Of a stretch of DNA of 41,559 nucleotides, positions 7,930 through 18,079 are shown piece after piece (the stretch's first letter is position 1; each line of letters starts with the position of its first letter). The DNA lies in assembly GCA_035291705.1 (NCBI GenBank), contig DATDRM010000139.1:1-41559 (forward strand), written 5' to 3'. The position numbers were made by a program, and so were the translations under genes. This stretch comes from Anaerolineales bacterium (GTDB taxonomy: Bacteria; Chloroflexota; Anaerolineae; Anaerolineales; UBA4823). Under the pieces are notes generated by a model. It was not told the origin of the DNA. It saw only the letters and a list, made by a program, of their open reading frames with translations, and did no database searches.

Positions 7930-9624
7930 CTAACGAGGTGGGAGCGCCAGCATCTCCTCTGGCACCCAACCAACGACGTCGACGTTTCCGACTTCCAAAA
8001 GGACTTTCCACCAATACGACCCCGTGGCTTTCACGCCGTTTAAGCCATGCGCCGGAACGATTCCAATTGTGAACGCCGGGACGGTGTCCACGACGGCGTA
8101 GTTGGTGCCTGGGCCAAACCGGACTTGAGCCTCGGTTCGCGTTAAGACACCGCTGCTCGTAGAAAATGTATGAGATTGCTCTTTCGGTTCTACGACGACC
8201 ATCAGCATACCGTTGGCCACCAGGCGCTGTAGCATGGTTCCAGATGCATCCCGGCCATATACATAATAATCCGAGGTCAGCGGCAGCCCGTCGCCGGAAA
8301 GCTGCGGGGGTGGGGGGGTACTGACCAAAGGCGGGATCGGCACACCCGGTGCGACCGCCTCGTCCTGCTGGCTTTGCCCGCCTTCCCCTGGATTGGCGAT
8401 GATGGGGAGAAACATCTTGCCTTCGCAGATGGTGATATTGCAGTAGGAATTATTCTTCACTTCGCCGTTCACCACCAAAGTCGAAGAGCCGCCACCGTCT
8501 TGGGCGATACCCCAGGTTGCGCCCAGGACATCTTTGGCGAAGGAAGCCAGCTGGGGGATGGTCATCCCCAGGCTGTACCATGCATCCCGGCCATCGACCA
8601 CGATAAAGTAGATGTAATCATTATTGAAAGCGATCGCCGTGCGCGGGTCGCGCACATTGGCCTGAGGATCGCCGGAAAAATCCTGGATCACGCCGTTTTT
8701 TAGGAAATAGAAGGCGCCCCCGACGCTGGCATAGGTGGAGGACCAATCATAAGCCAGCCCCGAATCACAGTTTTTAATCCTTTGGGCAATGCCAATTTCA
8801 TCCCCTTCAACGATGCCCTTGCTGAGAAATTCCGCCTTGGCGGCCCCGTGCATGGACAAGACGACATGGTCAAAAGGGATGGGCGTCGAGCCCTGGTTAT
8901 CGCGGACCTTCATGATCTTGCCGCGCGTCATATCCGAGGTAAGTGCAATCAGGGAGGGGCGCGACAACTCGACTAGCACTTCGATGGCCCCATCACCGCC
9001 GGTTTGGGTATCGGCGTCATATTGGGGAGTGTAGAGGATGAACTGGTTATCCTGGCGGGGCACATTGATGCCGTGGAACATCTGGGTGGCGATCACACTT
9101 CCGGCGCGAATATAGTTGACAACCTGTTTATCCGCCGGATGCGAGACGCATTCGCCGATGAAGGCCTCCCGATCCAGCTTCCAGGCGAAGCCACTCCCGC
9201 TCTCACCATCCCAAAACTGTTTGGCATACCAGCCGGAATGCACCTGCCCGCTCCACGGCACCCCCGGCGGCTCTTCAGGAGCGCCAAAATAAAAGCCGTT
9301 GATCGCCACGACCACCTGGTTGCGATTCCCCCAGGTCTGGTTCCAATAATTGATCGCCCCATCGTAGCGTCTCGCCATACCGCTGACCGTCTCCGGCCCA
9401 CCCGATAGCCGGCCCTGGGCGATGCTGCTTTCGAGGATCACATTCTGGTTGCTGCGCTGCATGCGCGTAACGAACACGTTGTTCGGATCAGGCAAGTGAA
9501 ATTCTTGATAATCGATGCCATCTGCCACAGGTTCCCATTCATCCGGCGCGCTCTGCGCACGTCCGGCAGGGGAAAACAAAGCCAGGAACAAGAATGCGGC
9601 TATCAACAAACAACTACGTCTCAT
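7930..9624 (-). CDS. Secreted phosphodiester glycosidase (NAGPA/DUF2233-like) with a C-terminal SH3b-like domain
   Basis: The signal peptide is MRRSCLLIAAFLFLALFSPAGRAQS (ATG 9624; the ORF is also open to 9657). Motifs are YFIVVDGRD...GMTIPQLASF....LGA.WGIAQDGGGSSTLVVNGEV. A Pro-rich linker and a bacterial SH3-like tail follow (YWWKVLLEVGNVDVVGWVPEEML). Confidence 0.65.
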   Translation of the reverse strand: MRRSCLLIAAFLFLALFSPAGRAQSAPDEWEPVADGIDYQEFHLPDPNNVFVTRMQRSNQNVILESSIAQGRLSGGPETVSGMARRYDGAINYWNQTWGNRNQVVVAINGFYFGAPEEPPGVPWSGQVHSGWYAKQFWDGESGSGFAWKLDREAFIGECVSHPADKQVVNYIRAGSVIATQMFHGINVPRQDNQFILYTPQYDADTQTGGDGAIEVLVELSRPSLIALTSDMTRGKIMKVRDNQGSTPIPFDHVVLSMHGAAKAEFLSKGIVEGDEIGIAQRIKNCDSGLAYDWSSTYASVGGAFYFLKNGVIQDFSGDPQANVRDPRTAIAFNNDYIYFIVVDGRDAWYSLGMTIPQLASFAKDVLGATWGIAQDGGGSSTLVVNGEVKNNSYCNITICEGKMFLPIIANPGEGGQSQQDEAVAPGVPIPPLVSTPPPPQLSGDGLPLTSDYYVYGRDASGTMLQRLVANGMLMVVVEPKEQSHTFSTSSGVLTRTEAQVRFGPGTNYAVVDTVPAFTIGIVPAHGLNGVKATGSYWWKVLLEVGNVDVVGWVPEEMLALPPR

Positions 9625-9805
9625 GGGGTTTTCTGAGTTTCCTTTGACGACGATCATAACCAGCCTCCTGCCCTTGCCTGTACGAATTCGTCCCCGAATG
9701 GTACCGATATAGAACCATTGTGCTCGAAAATTGGAACGTTGTCAAGAAACCTGGATTTACTGGTCTTCCTGAGGCGTTTGCTCAAGATGATTCATCCCCT
9801 CTATA

Positions 9806-10558
9806 CTACTTACTTGCCACGATAAACACCCGTCCCTCTTTCTCCGGTTCAGCGATGGGCGTCTTCAAGTCTGGCAGCTTGGCAAAATGCACCTTCCGCC
9901 AACCAGCTTCATGCAGGACGTTTTTTACCCTCTCCAGTTCGAAAACAGTATTGAAAGTAGTTTCCTCGAAGCGCTCGTAAAGTTTATCGCCAGTGTGAAT
10001 AAAACCAGAGATTCTTGTCCAGGCTCTATCGCCCTGCCCATCAAAGATCCCACGGGTGATAACCAATGCTTCCTCATTCTCTTCCATCTGGATATTATTC
10101 CAGCGGCTTAAGCCAACCCGCGTGTTCAAGTCAAAAATGAACAGACCCTCACTGAGCGGGAAGACGCATTGAAAGCATCTTCTCAAGGCTTGTTCATTTT
10201 CGAGGTGGTTAAGCGCATCGAAAGTGGAGACTACCAAATCGAAGTGTTCATCCAATTTTAAGTCTGTAGCATCGCCTTCGATGAATTTGGCTTGCCCAGA
10301 TACAATATATGCAAGCGCATTCTCTCTGGCATAGCGCAGCATGTGCTCCGAGAGGTCAATCCCCACCACCCGGTAGCCCTTCTCCAGGAAATACAATGCC
10401 AGCTGACCGGTGCCGCAACATAAATCGAGCACGCGCTTGTTCGCCGCAGCAAAAGGTGAGGCTTCATAGTATTCAAGGATCAGCGGCGCGACTTGCTTGG
10501 CAAAGCCAGCCCATCGCAAGTTATATACCCGCGCAAAACCTGCGCCATACGCTTGCAT
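9806..10558 (-). CDS. Class I SAM-dependent methyltransferase
   Basis: Motif I is VLDLCCGTGQLALYFLEKGYRVVGIDLSEHML. The post-I and II regions read FDLVVSTFDALNHL. Confidence 0.85.
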   Translation of the reverse strand: MQAYGAGFARVYNLRWAGFAKQVAPLILEYYEASPFAAANKRVLDLCCGTGQLALYFLEKGYRVVGIDLSEHMLRYARENALAYIVSGQAKFIEGDATDLKLDEHFDLVVSTFDALNHLENEQALRRCFQCVFPLSEGLFIFDLNTRVGLSRWNNIQMEENEEALVITRGIFDGQGDRAWTRISGFIHTGDKLYERFEETTFNTVFELERVKNVLHEAGWRKVHFAKLPDLKTPIAEPEKEGRVFIVASK

Positions 10559-10614
10559 TGGATGCTCCTTGCTCCATAACAGGTTTTAACTCGTGGAAAA
10601 GGCGCCTTTAGCCC

Positions 10615-11817
10615 TTAATGTTGTAATATGACCCAATCTTCGACCTGGGCGCCGCCTGGCAGATCCTGTACCAACGGCTGCCAATCTCCTACTTCAACCA
10701 GCATCGTCTGGGATGCGTCAAAAGCACTGGCATCCGAGGGCAATTGCGAATAGACCAGGTAGCGGCTGTCGGGACTCCAGACAGGCGACGAGGCCCGCCC
10801 TCCCAGATAATGCTCCTGGCTGCCGTCCACCCGCACGACCCATAAAGAGACCCTTTCGCCAGCGATTTCAGCCTGGTCGGCGTTGGCCAGCCACTGTCCA
10901 TCCGGGCTCCAGGCCAGTTCGGCGAACATTTCGCTGCCGCCTAATATTGTGTAAGGGTGAAGCAAGACCCCTATTCCCTGAACAAGATCGAGCACAGCCA
11001 CGCCGCTCGTCCCATCTTGACCATACACTTTCCAGGCCAGCATTTTTCCGTCAGGGGACCATTCGGGAAATCCGGCTTTTCCCGCCGCTAATCCAAAGGC
11101 GCTGAAATCGATGGGCTCAAGACCCCCATCCAGGCGATACAGCCACGGCTCGCCTCCCCGGTCGAAGGCGATCGTCTGGCCATCCGGCGAGGGCGCGGCC
11201 GGGCTGATCGATCCAATTTCCTCGTCCAGCACCCGGTAGTCTGTCCCATCTGCATTGATCGTGGCGAGATAACCCCCCAAACTTTCGGCCGGCCTGGAGT
11301 TGAAAACGATCACACCGGGGTCGGCTGGCCACCACTGAAAGCTCTCTTCGATCTTGTCGGGCGTGTTGGTCAGGTTGCGACTCTCGCCGGTTGCCAGATC
11401 GGCCAGCCAGATCTCCCCATCGTAACTAATGGAATGCAGGATTTGCTGTTGATCCGGTGACAATGTAGGATACTGCTGCTCGCTTAACAATTGTGGCTGC
11501 CCATCCGCGCCCACCAGCCAGAGTCCATTGCCCGCCCCGATCGTGTAAACCACACCCAGCGGAAATTGGCTCGTTGGCGTCTCAGTTTCTGTCGGGGGTA
11601 GCTGAGTCGGGGCTTGAGAAGTGTCTGTAGGTGGCGGATTTGTGGGAACCGGAGAGGTCTCAGCCGCTGGGAGCGTCGCTGTTGGGGGTAACATTGTCGC
11701 CTGAGGCGTCACCTCAGGCGGAAGAGTCGTCGCTAACTGAGCAGCGGGAGTGCCTGGCGCGCATGCCGCTAAAATTACGGCGAAAAGGATTGAAAGCGGT
11801 ATAGATACTTTCCTCAT
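10615..11817 (-). CDS. Lipoprotein with TolB-like (PD40/WD40-like) beta-propeller and a Pro/Thr-rich linker
   Basis: ATG 11817 follows GGTGGAGAA. The lipobox is LFAVILAAC. A linker of about 70 aa is P/T/Q-rich. WSPDG-type repeats follow (WSPDGKMLAW, WSPDGQWLA, WSPDSRYLVY, PSPDGQTIAF). Confidence 0.75.
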   Translation of the reverse strand: MRKVSIPLSILFAVILAACAPGTPAAQLATTLPPEVTPQATMLPPTATLPAAETSPVPTNPPPTDTSQAPTQLPPTETETPTSQFPLGVVYTIGAGNGLWLVGADGQPQLLSEQQYPTLSPDQQQILHSISYDGEIWLADLATGESRNLTNTPDKIEESFQWWPADPGVIVFNSRPAESLGGYLATINADGTDYRVLDEEIGSISPAAPSPDGQTIAFDRGGEPWLYRLDGGLEPIDFSAFGLAAGKAGFPEWSPDGKMLAWKVYGQDGTSGVAVLDLVQGIGVLLHPYTILGGSEMFAELAWSPDGQWLANADQAEIAGERVSLWVVRVDGSQEHYLGGRASSPVWSPDSRYLVYSQLPSDASAFDASQTMLVEVGDWQPLVQDLPGGAQVEDWVILQH

Positions 11818-11901
11818 TACAGGTTCTCCACCGTCTGAATGTTTCTCGATGACGCCGAATGATATCACATAAAAAATCTTCGAACCACGGAGGGCTATAG
11901 T

Positions 11902-12510
11902 CTACTTTATGAGACTTAATGCAGCCGCAATATCTTCCGCAATCATCCTGCGCTTACTCTTCTCGATCAAGAAGCTGGGGCCCGCCTGCAGGTAGGATGG
12001 GAAGGCCCTCCTGCCTCGAAAATAATATTCCCTGCCTCGGACCTTATATGTGGAACCGGCGGGAATCACTTTCTCTTCACCTGCCCTCTGCGCAATGTGA
12101 TTGATAGCCTTGATGGCGACGTCTCCCATCAGCATGAAGGCCCTCACATTTGGAAACAGGTCAAGTTCTTTCTCCAGGATCAGCGAACATTCTTTGATCG
12201 TGCCCGCCTTTATTCCATAGCCTGTCTTCCCGCATTTCACGGCCGTAGTGAGGTATACCCCCAGATCGACTATCTCCTGTATAGACGAGACATTTACACC
12301 CGCGTCGTTGAAGGCCTGGACGGTGGTTTGCTGAAATGAGGCGTCCCCTCCCGCGTAGTAGTAGTCTCCCGGGTTCGCCGGCGCAGCTTCGGAGATCATT
12401 ACTATGGAGATCGTTTCTGGATTAACATCCAGGGCTGGAATGATATAACCCGCGTGCTTTACATCTGCACACGGAAACTTCTCGCACTCCACAAATTCAC
12501 CCACGCGCAT
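11902..12510 (-). CDS. Uracil-DNA glycosylase superfamily protein (divergent; non-canonical motifs)
   Basis: ATG 12510 follows GAGGAGG. The UDG-fold pattern is VMISEAAP (in place of GE.PG) ... LTTAVKC ... AFMLMGDVA. The FPSY region sits where family 4/5 enzymes have HPS. Confidence 0.45.
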   Translation of the reverse strand: MRVGEFVECEKFPCADVKHAGYIIPALDVNPETISIVMISEAAPANPGDYYYAGGDASFQQTTVQAFNDAGVNVSSIQEIVDLGVYLTTAVKCGKTGYGIKAGTIKECSLILEKELDLFPNVRAFMLMGDVAIKAINHIAQRAGEEKVIPAGSTYKVRGREYYFRGRRAFPSYLQAGPSFLIEKSKRRMIAEDIAAALSLIK

Positions 12511-12523
12511 TTTTGAACCTCCT

Positions 12524-13120
12524 CTACGAACCTTTCGCAATTTGAACGCTGGGTGCAGCGATCAAGAGGGATGGATCGGGCTTCAATCCTTGCTTTGATA
12601 AAGCTGCTTCATATTCTGGGTGAAATTGAAAAGCTCCATCTTTCAGGATCTCTCGATCCCAAGGATTGAGAATTAACGCATCGCTGATCAAGCCAATATA
12701 ATCCGGCACAGATACTCCCCAGGTGTGGGCATACAGAACCGCACTCCTTACTTCCTTAGCGCCTTGAGCTTCAGCCTTATCCTTCACCAATCGGATGGTC
12801 TCACCAGAACCGCAAATTTCATCGACGATCAGCACCCGCTTATCCAAAACTTCTCTCGGTGGTTTGACGTACCATCTCGGCTTCTTGTATTTTACGATGT
12901 CATTGACTCTCCTTGAAAGTCGAATCGGGTAGATTTCAACCTGGAGCATATGTGCCAGGAGAGTCCCCGGGTAATATCCCCCCCGGCCAATGGCTAGAAT
13001 GATCTCGGGGCTGTAGGAAGATACTGCTCTAGCCAATCCCTGACAAATCCCATGGAAATCCTCCCACGAAACTGGATGGATGCCTTGTCTATTTTTGTAG
13101 TTATAAGGATTCTTTGACAC
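12524..13120 (-). CDS. Type I phosphoribosyltransferase domain protein
   Basis: The PRPP-binding loop is RVLIVDEICGSGETIRLV. The N-terminal region reads ILAIGRGGYYPGTLLAHML. The stop is 13 nt before the next gene's start. Confidence 0.75.
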   Translation of the reverse strand: MSKNPYNYKNRQGIHPVSWEDFHGICQGLARAVSSYSPEIILAIGRGGYYPGTLLAHMLQVEIYPIRLSRRVNDIVKYKKPRWYVKPPREVLDKRVLIVDEICGSGETIRLVKDKAEAQGAKEVRSAVLYAHTWGVSVPDYIGLISDALILNPWDREILKDGAFQFHPEYEAALSKQGLKPDPSLLIAAPSVQIAKGS

Positions 13121-13166
13121 TGCACCGCTCTTTCTATAAAGTTACAGTGGTTACTCGCCTACCCAA

Positions 13167-13679
13167 TTAGCCCCCATCAAAGAGTTCGTGATATGCAACC
13201 TCGCCGCGCACGCCCCTGGCCGAACCAGGCAGCAGCTCGAGAAACATAAAATAAGGGTCGAACGATGCGTCCTTATAATGCAATCCGTGGGGCGCTGCCA
13301 GCCGGAATCCGAAGCGCGAGTAATAATCCGGATGGCCAAGCACAAAGCCAATCTGGTGACCCAAGTCGGTACACTGCCTGAGGCCTTCCCGGATGAGCTG
13401 CGAACCGATGCCCAACCTCTGGTGAGCAGGATGCACGGCCACTGGCCCAAGCGCAATGGCTGGTGTCTTTACATCGCCGTTGACTACAATCACTGGTGAG
13501 AAAAGGATGTGGCCGACCACTTCCGTCTCAACGACGGCAACCAGGGACAGTAAAGGGAGACCTGCCATATGTAACCCTTCGACCAGCTGTGCCTCGCTGT
13601 CTGTAGGGAAGGCTGCGGCATTGACTGCGAAAACGCCCTGTCGATCAGCCGGAAGTTCGGCGCGAATTGCTACATCCAT
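13167..13679 (-). CDS. GNAT family N-acetyltransferase
   Basis: The acetyl-CoA motif A is AVHPAHQRLGIGSQLIREGL, followed by YYSRFGF. Confidence 0.85.
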   Translation of the reverse strand: MDVAIRAELPADRQGVFAVNAAAFPTDSEAQLVEGLHMAGLPLLSLVAVVETEVVGHILFSPVIVVNGDVKTPAIALGPVAVHPAHQRLGIGSQLIREGLRQCTDLGHQIGFVLGHPDYYSRFGFRLAAPHGLHYKDASFDPYFMFLELLPGSARGVRGEVAYHELFDGG

Positions 13680-13691
13680 TTACGCACCAAC

Positions 13692-14177
13692 TTAGTCATC
13701 GTGAAGCCCTTCGACCTTCAATTCGAGCCTGAGCGCGGCGAGCGATTGGTTGATGTCGTGGATGAACACGATCAACGCCGCAATCAAACAGGCCATGCAG
13801 ACCACGAACAGCGCGCCGATCAGCCAGGCCGTCTCCAGCTGCCAGAGGGCCGTGAAGAACAGTACGATGATCAGGATCGCCGCAGCCAGGGCGCTCATTG
13901 ACACCAGCGTGATCGCCGCTCGGATCAGGCGCGCCCTCCTCCACAGGATGCGCAGCTGCCCTTCGACAGCAGACCGGGAGGCCTCGCTCGCCATGGTAAG
14001 TTCGGCTGAGAGTATCCTCGCCCGGTCGATGGCCCGGCCAAGGCGATTAGTCATGGAGAGCAACAGCAACCCGACCCCAGAGATCAAGATCACCGGGCCG
14101 ATCGCTGTTTGCAGAATGGGGATCAACTGTGCAACGGACGGTACTTGCATGAAGACTCCAAATTGGCTGATACTCAT
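13692..14177 (-). CDS. DUF2721-like membrane protein
   Basis: The sequence is IPILQTAIGPVILISGVGLLLLSMTNRLGRAIDRARIL, followed by two further TM helices. The start could be M1 or M10. Confidence 0.6.
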   Translation of the reverse strand: MSISQFGVFMQVPSVAQLIPILQTAIGPVILISGVGLLLLSMTNRLGRAIDRARILSAELTMASEASRSAVEGQLRILWRRARLIRAAITLVSMSALAAAILIIVLFFTALWQLETAWLIGALFVVCMACLIAALIVFIHDINQSLAALRLELKVEGLHDD

Positions 14178-14337
14178 TGGCCTTCTTCGAGGATCTACGA
14201 TGATAGTTCACTTTGCGCCTTTGCACAAGATACCCCGAAAGAAGATGAATTGCCGGTTGTGTTATACTCACTTCCCAGACGCAGCTTTTCACCGCATCAG
14301 GTTCAGGTCGAAAAGCAGCCCCTGCTGAGAATAAATC

Positions 14338-16050
14338 ATGCCCTCCCTTTTACCCTCCGATAAGCGAGCTGCGGCTAGAACCTGGCGTTGGTGGGATGTG
14401 TTGGCCTTGATCGTGATCGTCCTGGCGACCTGGCTGCCGCGCGGCCTGGCTTTGGATCAGTTCGCCACACCCGACGAGCCTTTGTGGCTCAACCGTTCCG
14501 CTAACTTCTATTACGCCCTTGGTCAGCGGGATTTCGCCTCCACCTACCAAAGGGAACACCCCGGTGTGACCACCATGTGGGCCGGGACATTGGGATTCTT
14601 GAGCCGTTTCCCAGAATATCGCGGTACTGGCCTCGGACAGATTGAGCCGGCTCAGTTTCACTATCACATGAAGAACCTGGCCAAGGTGCCGCCGATCGAG
14701 TTGCTGGCCGCTGGTCGGACGTTCATGGTATTGGGGCACACGCTGGTGTTGGCGCTGGCCTACCTCTATGCCCGCCGCTTGATCGGCCCGCTCCCCGCCT
14801 TGATCGCCTTTTTGATAATCGCCTTTGACCCCTTCCACCTGGCGCTCACTCGCTTGCTCCACCTGGATGGCATGCTGGGCAACCTGATGCTGCTCTCCTT
14901 GCTGGCCTTCCTGAGTTTTCTCCTGGAGCGAAAGACCATAGATTTGTTGCTCTCCGCCGCCGCGGCGGGGTTCAGTGTGCTGACGAAGTCGCCGGGCGTC
15001 TTTATCGCCCCAGTGATTGGCCTGATGACCCTGCTCGATCTCTGGCAAACCCGCTCCCGTGACAAGGCAGCGCCCCTGGCGAAACAGCTGTGGCACAGCG
15101 CCTGGCCATTAATCGCCTGGGTCGCGATCGGGGTGGGGGTGATGTTTGTCTTTTGGCCTGCCATGTGGGGCGATCCAACCGAGCCGTTGCTAACCGTGTT
15201 CAAGAAAGCCGGAAAATGGGCCGAAAGCGGGCACTACTCGGCGGTCTTCTTCAATGGGCAGATTGCCGAGAGCGGCGATCTGGGGTCGGCCTATTTCTAT
15301 TTTTACCCGCTGACCTATCTGTGGCGCAGTACGCCAGTCGAACTGATCGGGCTGGTAGCCGCCCTCCTCGGTTTTTTCACCTGGCGGAAGCCATTCGATC
15401 AGAGACCGTTGCGCTTCACCTCGATCGCCTTATTCCTCCTGGTGCTGCTTTTCACCATCGGGATGACCATCGGCTCGAAGAAATTTGATCGCTACCTGGT
15501 GCCGATCTACGCGCCCCTGGACTTGCTCGCCGCTCTGGGATGGGTCTCAGCCGCCGTCTGGTTGAAAGAGAAAAACCTCCGTTCAGTTCTAAAATATAGC
15601 CCCTACCTGCTCCTGGTGATCGTCGTCGGAGTGCAGATTGCCGGCTCGCTCCCAACTTTTCCATATTACTTTTCTTACTACAACCCTCTTATGGGCGGCA
15701 GCCAGAAAGCTCCCGAAGTGATGCAGATCGGCTGGGGCGAAGGCTTAGACCAGGCCGCCCGTTATTTAAACCAAAAACCAGACGCGGCAGAGATGGGAGT
15801 AGTGTCCTGGTATAACCTGGGCCCTTTCTCTTACTTCTTCAGCGGCAAAGCCCCATTTATGTCGTATCTTTCAGAAGTCAGCCCGCAAGAATGGGAAAAG
15901 TTCCTCGCCAACAATTACGCCGTCGTCTACGTCCACCAGTGGCAGCGGGGTATTTCCGGGCAGGTTCTTGAGTATCTTTCCCAGCGCACGCCCGAAAAAA
16001 CCATCTGGATCAATGGCATAGAATATGTGCGCATCTATGCGTTGCATTAG
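14338..16050 (+). CDS. GT-C fold glycosyltransferase (GT39 / PMT_2 / ArnT-like)
   Basis: This is a 570-aa polytopic protein. Its first loop carries FATPDEPLWLNRSANFYYAL (DE motif). A C-terminal soluble domain is present. Confidence 0.7.
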   Translation: MPSLLPSDKRAAARTWRWWDVLALIVIVLATWLPRGLALDQFATPDEPLWLNRSANFYYALGQRDFASTYQREHPGVTTMWAGTLGFLSRFPEYRGTGLGQIEPAQFHYHMKNLAKVPPIELLAAGRTFMVLGHTLVLALAYLYARRLIGPLPALIAFLIIAFDPFHLALTRLLHLDGMLGNLMLLSLLAFLSFLLERKTIDLLLSAAAAGFSVLTKSPGVFIAPVIGLMTLLDLWQTRSRDKAAPLAKQLWHSAWPLIAWVAIGVGVMFVFWPAMWGDPTEPLLTVFKKAGKWAESGHYSAVFFNGQIAESGDLGSAYFYFYPLTYLWRSTPVELIGLVAALLGFFTWRKPFDQRPLRFTSIALFLLVLLFTIGMTIGSKKFDRYLVPIYAPLDLLAALGWVSAAVWLKEKNLRSVLKYSPYLLLVIVVGVQIAGSLPTFPYYFSYYNPLMGGSQKAPEVMQIGWGEGLDQAARYLNQKPDAAEMGVVSWYNLGPFSYFFSGKAPFMSYLSEVSPQEWEKFLANNYAVVYVHQWQRGISGQVLEYLSQRTPEKTIWINGIEYVRIYALH

Positions 16051-16069
16051 CTAACCAAACTAGGACTCT

Positions 16070-18079
16070 ATGGAGTCAGCGCGTTTCGAAAAAATCCGCC
16101 TTTCGGCATTAAAATTGATCTCGCACGAATACTTTCCGCTCGGCTTGCTGATCACGCTTTTCCTGATCGTCGGGAGTTTGATCGTGACCGATTATGGCGA
16201 GTCGTGGGACGAACAACTGCGTTACCGCTACGCAACCAATTCGCTCAGCGCTTACCTGGGGGATAGCAAGGGGTTGAGAGGTGAGAAAGGCTCCTTCTAT
16301 GTAATGGCGGCCAAGCTCGGCTCTGAGGCGATCATGCGGGTTCGTAAAGACTGGCTGCCCATCGAATCCTGGCATTTCATGCACTTCCTCTCCCTTCTGT
16401 TGGGGCTATCTTTCTTCTACATCATCTGCCTGCGATTGATGAATAAATGGACGGCTTTCAGCACCACATTGCTTTTTGGCACTCAACCTTTGATCTGGGG
16501 GCATGCATTCATCAACCCTAAAGACATCCCCTTCATGGCGTTCTTCTTGGGCAGTCTCGCCACGGGCCTGGCGATGGTCGATGCCTTAACCGGTCATTCC
16601 CTTGATGAAGGGAACAGGGGATCGGGAGCTAAACCAGGAGCTCTCTCTCTACACTCGATATTGTCGCGCGATTGGCAGGCGCTCAACAGAAAAAGGCGGG
16701 GCTTGTTCGCCTCATGGGTTGGGATTTCCGTGGTGATCCTGCTGGGATTAATCATCGTCCACGCGCCTGTCACGCAGGCAATGACCGGCCTGATCGAGCG
16801 AGCTTATTTTGCAGAACCTTCCAGCGCTCTGGGAAAATTATTCTCCAATTTGGCAGAGAATATGCACGCCGTGCCGCTGGAAAACTATGTCCAGAAAAGC
16901 TTGAAGCTTTATCCGCGCCTGGTGCTGCTTTACGCCCTCCTGACAATGGTGGTAGACCTGGCGATCGCTCTCCGCTTGTTCCCAACAGCCGCCCAGGCGA
17001 TGTGGCGGGAGCATGTAATTCCATTCGTAAAATTGGTGCTGAAGAGCCTCATAAACAAGGGTGTGTTGGGCGCCGGGATCCTTTTGGGGTTGTGCACGTC
17101 AACCCGCGTGATCGGCCCGGCCGCGGGTGCCCTGGTCGCTTATTACTTCCTGATAAAAACCGGCAGAAAGGCGATCCCGACCTTGATCGCTTATTTTACG
17201 ATCGCAGTGGTCGTTTCCTACCTCACCTGGCCCAACCTGTGGGGAGCTCCAGTGGAAAACTATATCGGCAGTATTACACAGGCCTCCGATTTCCCCTGGG
17301 ATGGCAAGGTGATGTTCGCCGGCGTCGATTACCCGGTCAGCGAGCTGCCGCGCGCTTACCTGCCAGTGTTGCTGTCGCTACAATTCACCGAAACCGCCGT
17401 GATTTTATTCCTGGCCGGCCTGGCCGTCGCCATCGCTCGCTTCATCAGGAGGGCCGTCGACCGGGAATTGGTAGCTCTGCTGGCCTTGTGGTTGATTCTC
17501 CCCATCATAGCAGGACTGGTCCTGCAGCCCACCATGTACGACAATTTCCGGCACTTCCTGTTCGTCATCCCCTCAATCTTCCTCTTCGCCGGGCTTGGAA
17601 TCCAGGCTATATTAGACAGGATAAAAAGCACCCCGGCGAGGATCGTGATCCTGGTCCTGCTGCTCCTGCCCAACCTTTATTGGGACGTCCAGCTGCACCC
17701 TTACCAATACGTGTATTACAACAGCCTGACCGGTGGGGTCAGGGGCGCCTTCCGCAACTATGAGATGGATTATTGGGCAACCTCTTACCGGGAAGCAATC
17801 AATTACTTAAACGAGAACGCGCCTGCCAACGCGCAGGTCGTCGTCTGGGGGCCTGAGCATGTCGTCAAAAGCCTGGCCCGCGCTGATCTGCTCATCGAAA
17901 AATTTGATAAAGAGAACTTCCAAGCTAAAAGCGGCTCCAGCTTTGCCATCGTCTCGTCCAGACATGATAAAGATCTGACGCTCTTTCCGGAGGCGAAACA
18001 GTTATATACTGTCGGTAGAGCTGGGGCGATCTTCGCCGTCGTCAAGCAACTTGACCTGGCCCACCCCCAAAATCCATAG
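16070..18079 (+). CDS. GT-C fold glycosyltransferase-like membrane protein
   Basis: This is a 669-aa polytopic protein. Its first loop carries VTDYGESWDEQLRYRYA. It starts 19 nt after the preceding GT gene and has a C-terminal soluble domain. Confidence 0.6.
   Translation: MESARFEKIRLSALKLISHEYFPLGLLITLFLIVGSLIVTDYGESWDEQLRYRYATNSLSAYLGDSKGLRGEKGSFYVMAAKLGSEAIMRVRKDWLPIESWHFMHFLSLLLGLSFFYIICLRLMNKWTAFSTTLLFGTQPLIWGHAFINPKDIPFMAFFLGSLATGLAMVDALTGHSLDEGNRGSGAKPGALSLHSILSRDWQALNRKRRGLFASWVGISVVILLGLIIVHAPVTQAMTGLIERAYFAEPSSALGKLFSNLAENMHAVPLENYVQKSLKLYPRLVLLYALLTMVVDLAIALRLFPTAAQAMWREHVIPFVKLVLKSLINKGVLGAGILLGLCTSTRVIGPAAGALVAYYFLIKTGRKAIPTLIAYFTIAVVVSYLTWPNLWGAPVENYIGSITQASDFPWDGKVMFAGVDYPVSELPRAYLPVLLSLQFTETAVILFLAGLAVAIARFIRRAVDRELVALLALWLILPIIAGLVLQPTMYDNFRHFLFVIPSIFLFAGLGIQAILDRIKSTPARIVILVLLLLPNLYWDVQLHPYQYVYYNSLTGGVRGAFRNYEMDYWATSYREAINYLNENAPANAQVVVWGPEHVVKSLARADLLIEKFDKENFQAKSGSSFAIVSSRHDKDLTLFPEAKQLYTVGRAGAIFAVVKQLDLAHPQNP

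Noticed and set aside
7712-7933. This is a 73-aa ORF between the GT-C gene and the glycosidase gene.
   Set aside because: It has no convincing RBS, an odd hydrophobic-then-charged composition, and a 3' end overlapping the convergent gene. A shorter charged peptide starting at the internal Met (MEQRDQ...) cannot be excluded, but I cannot support it.
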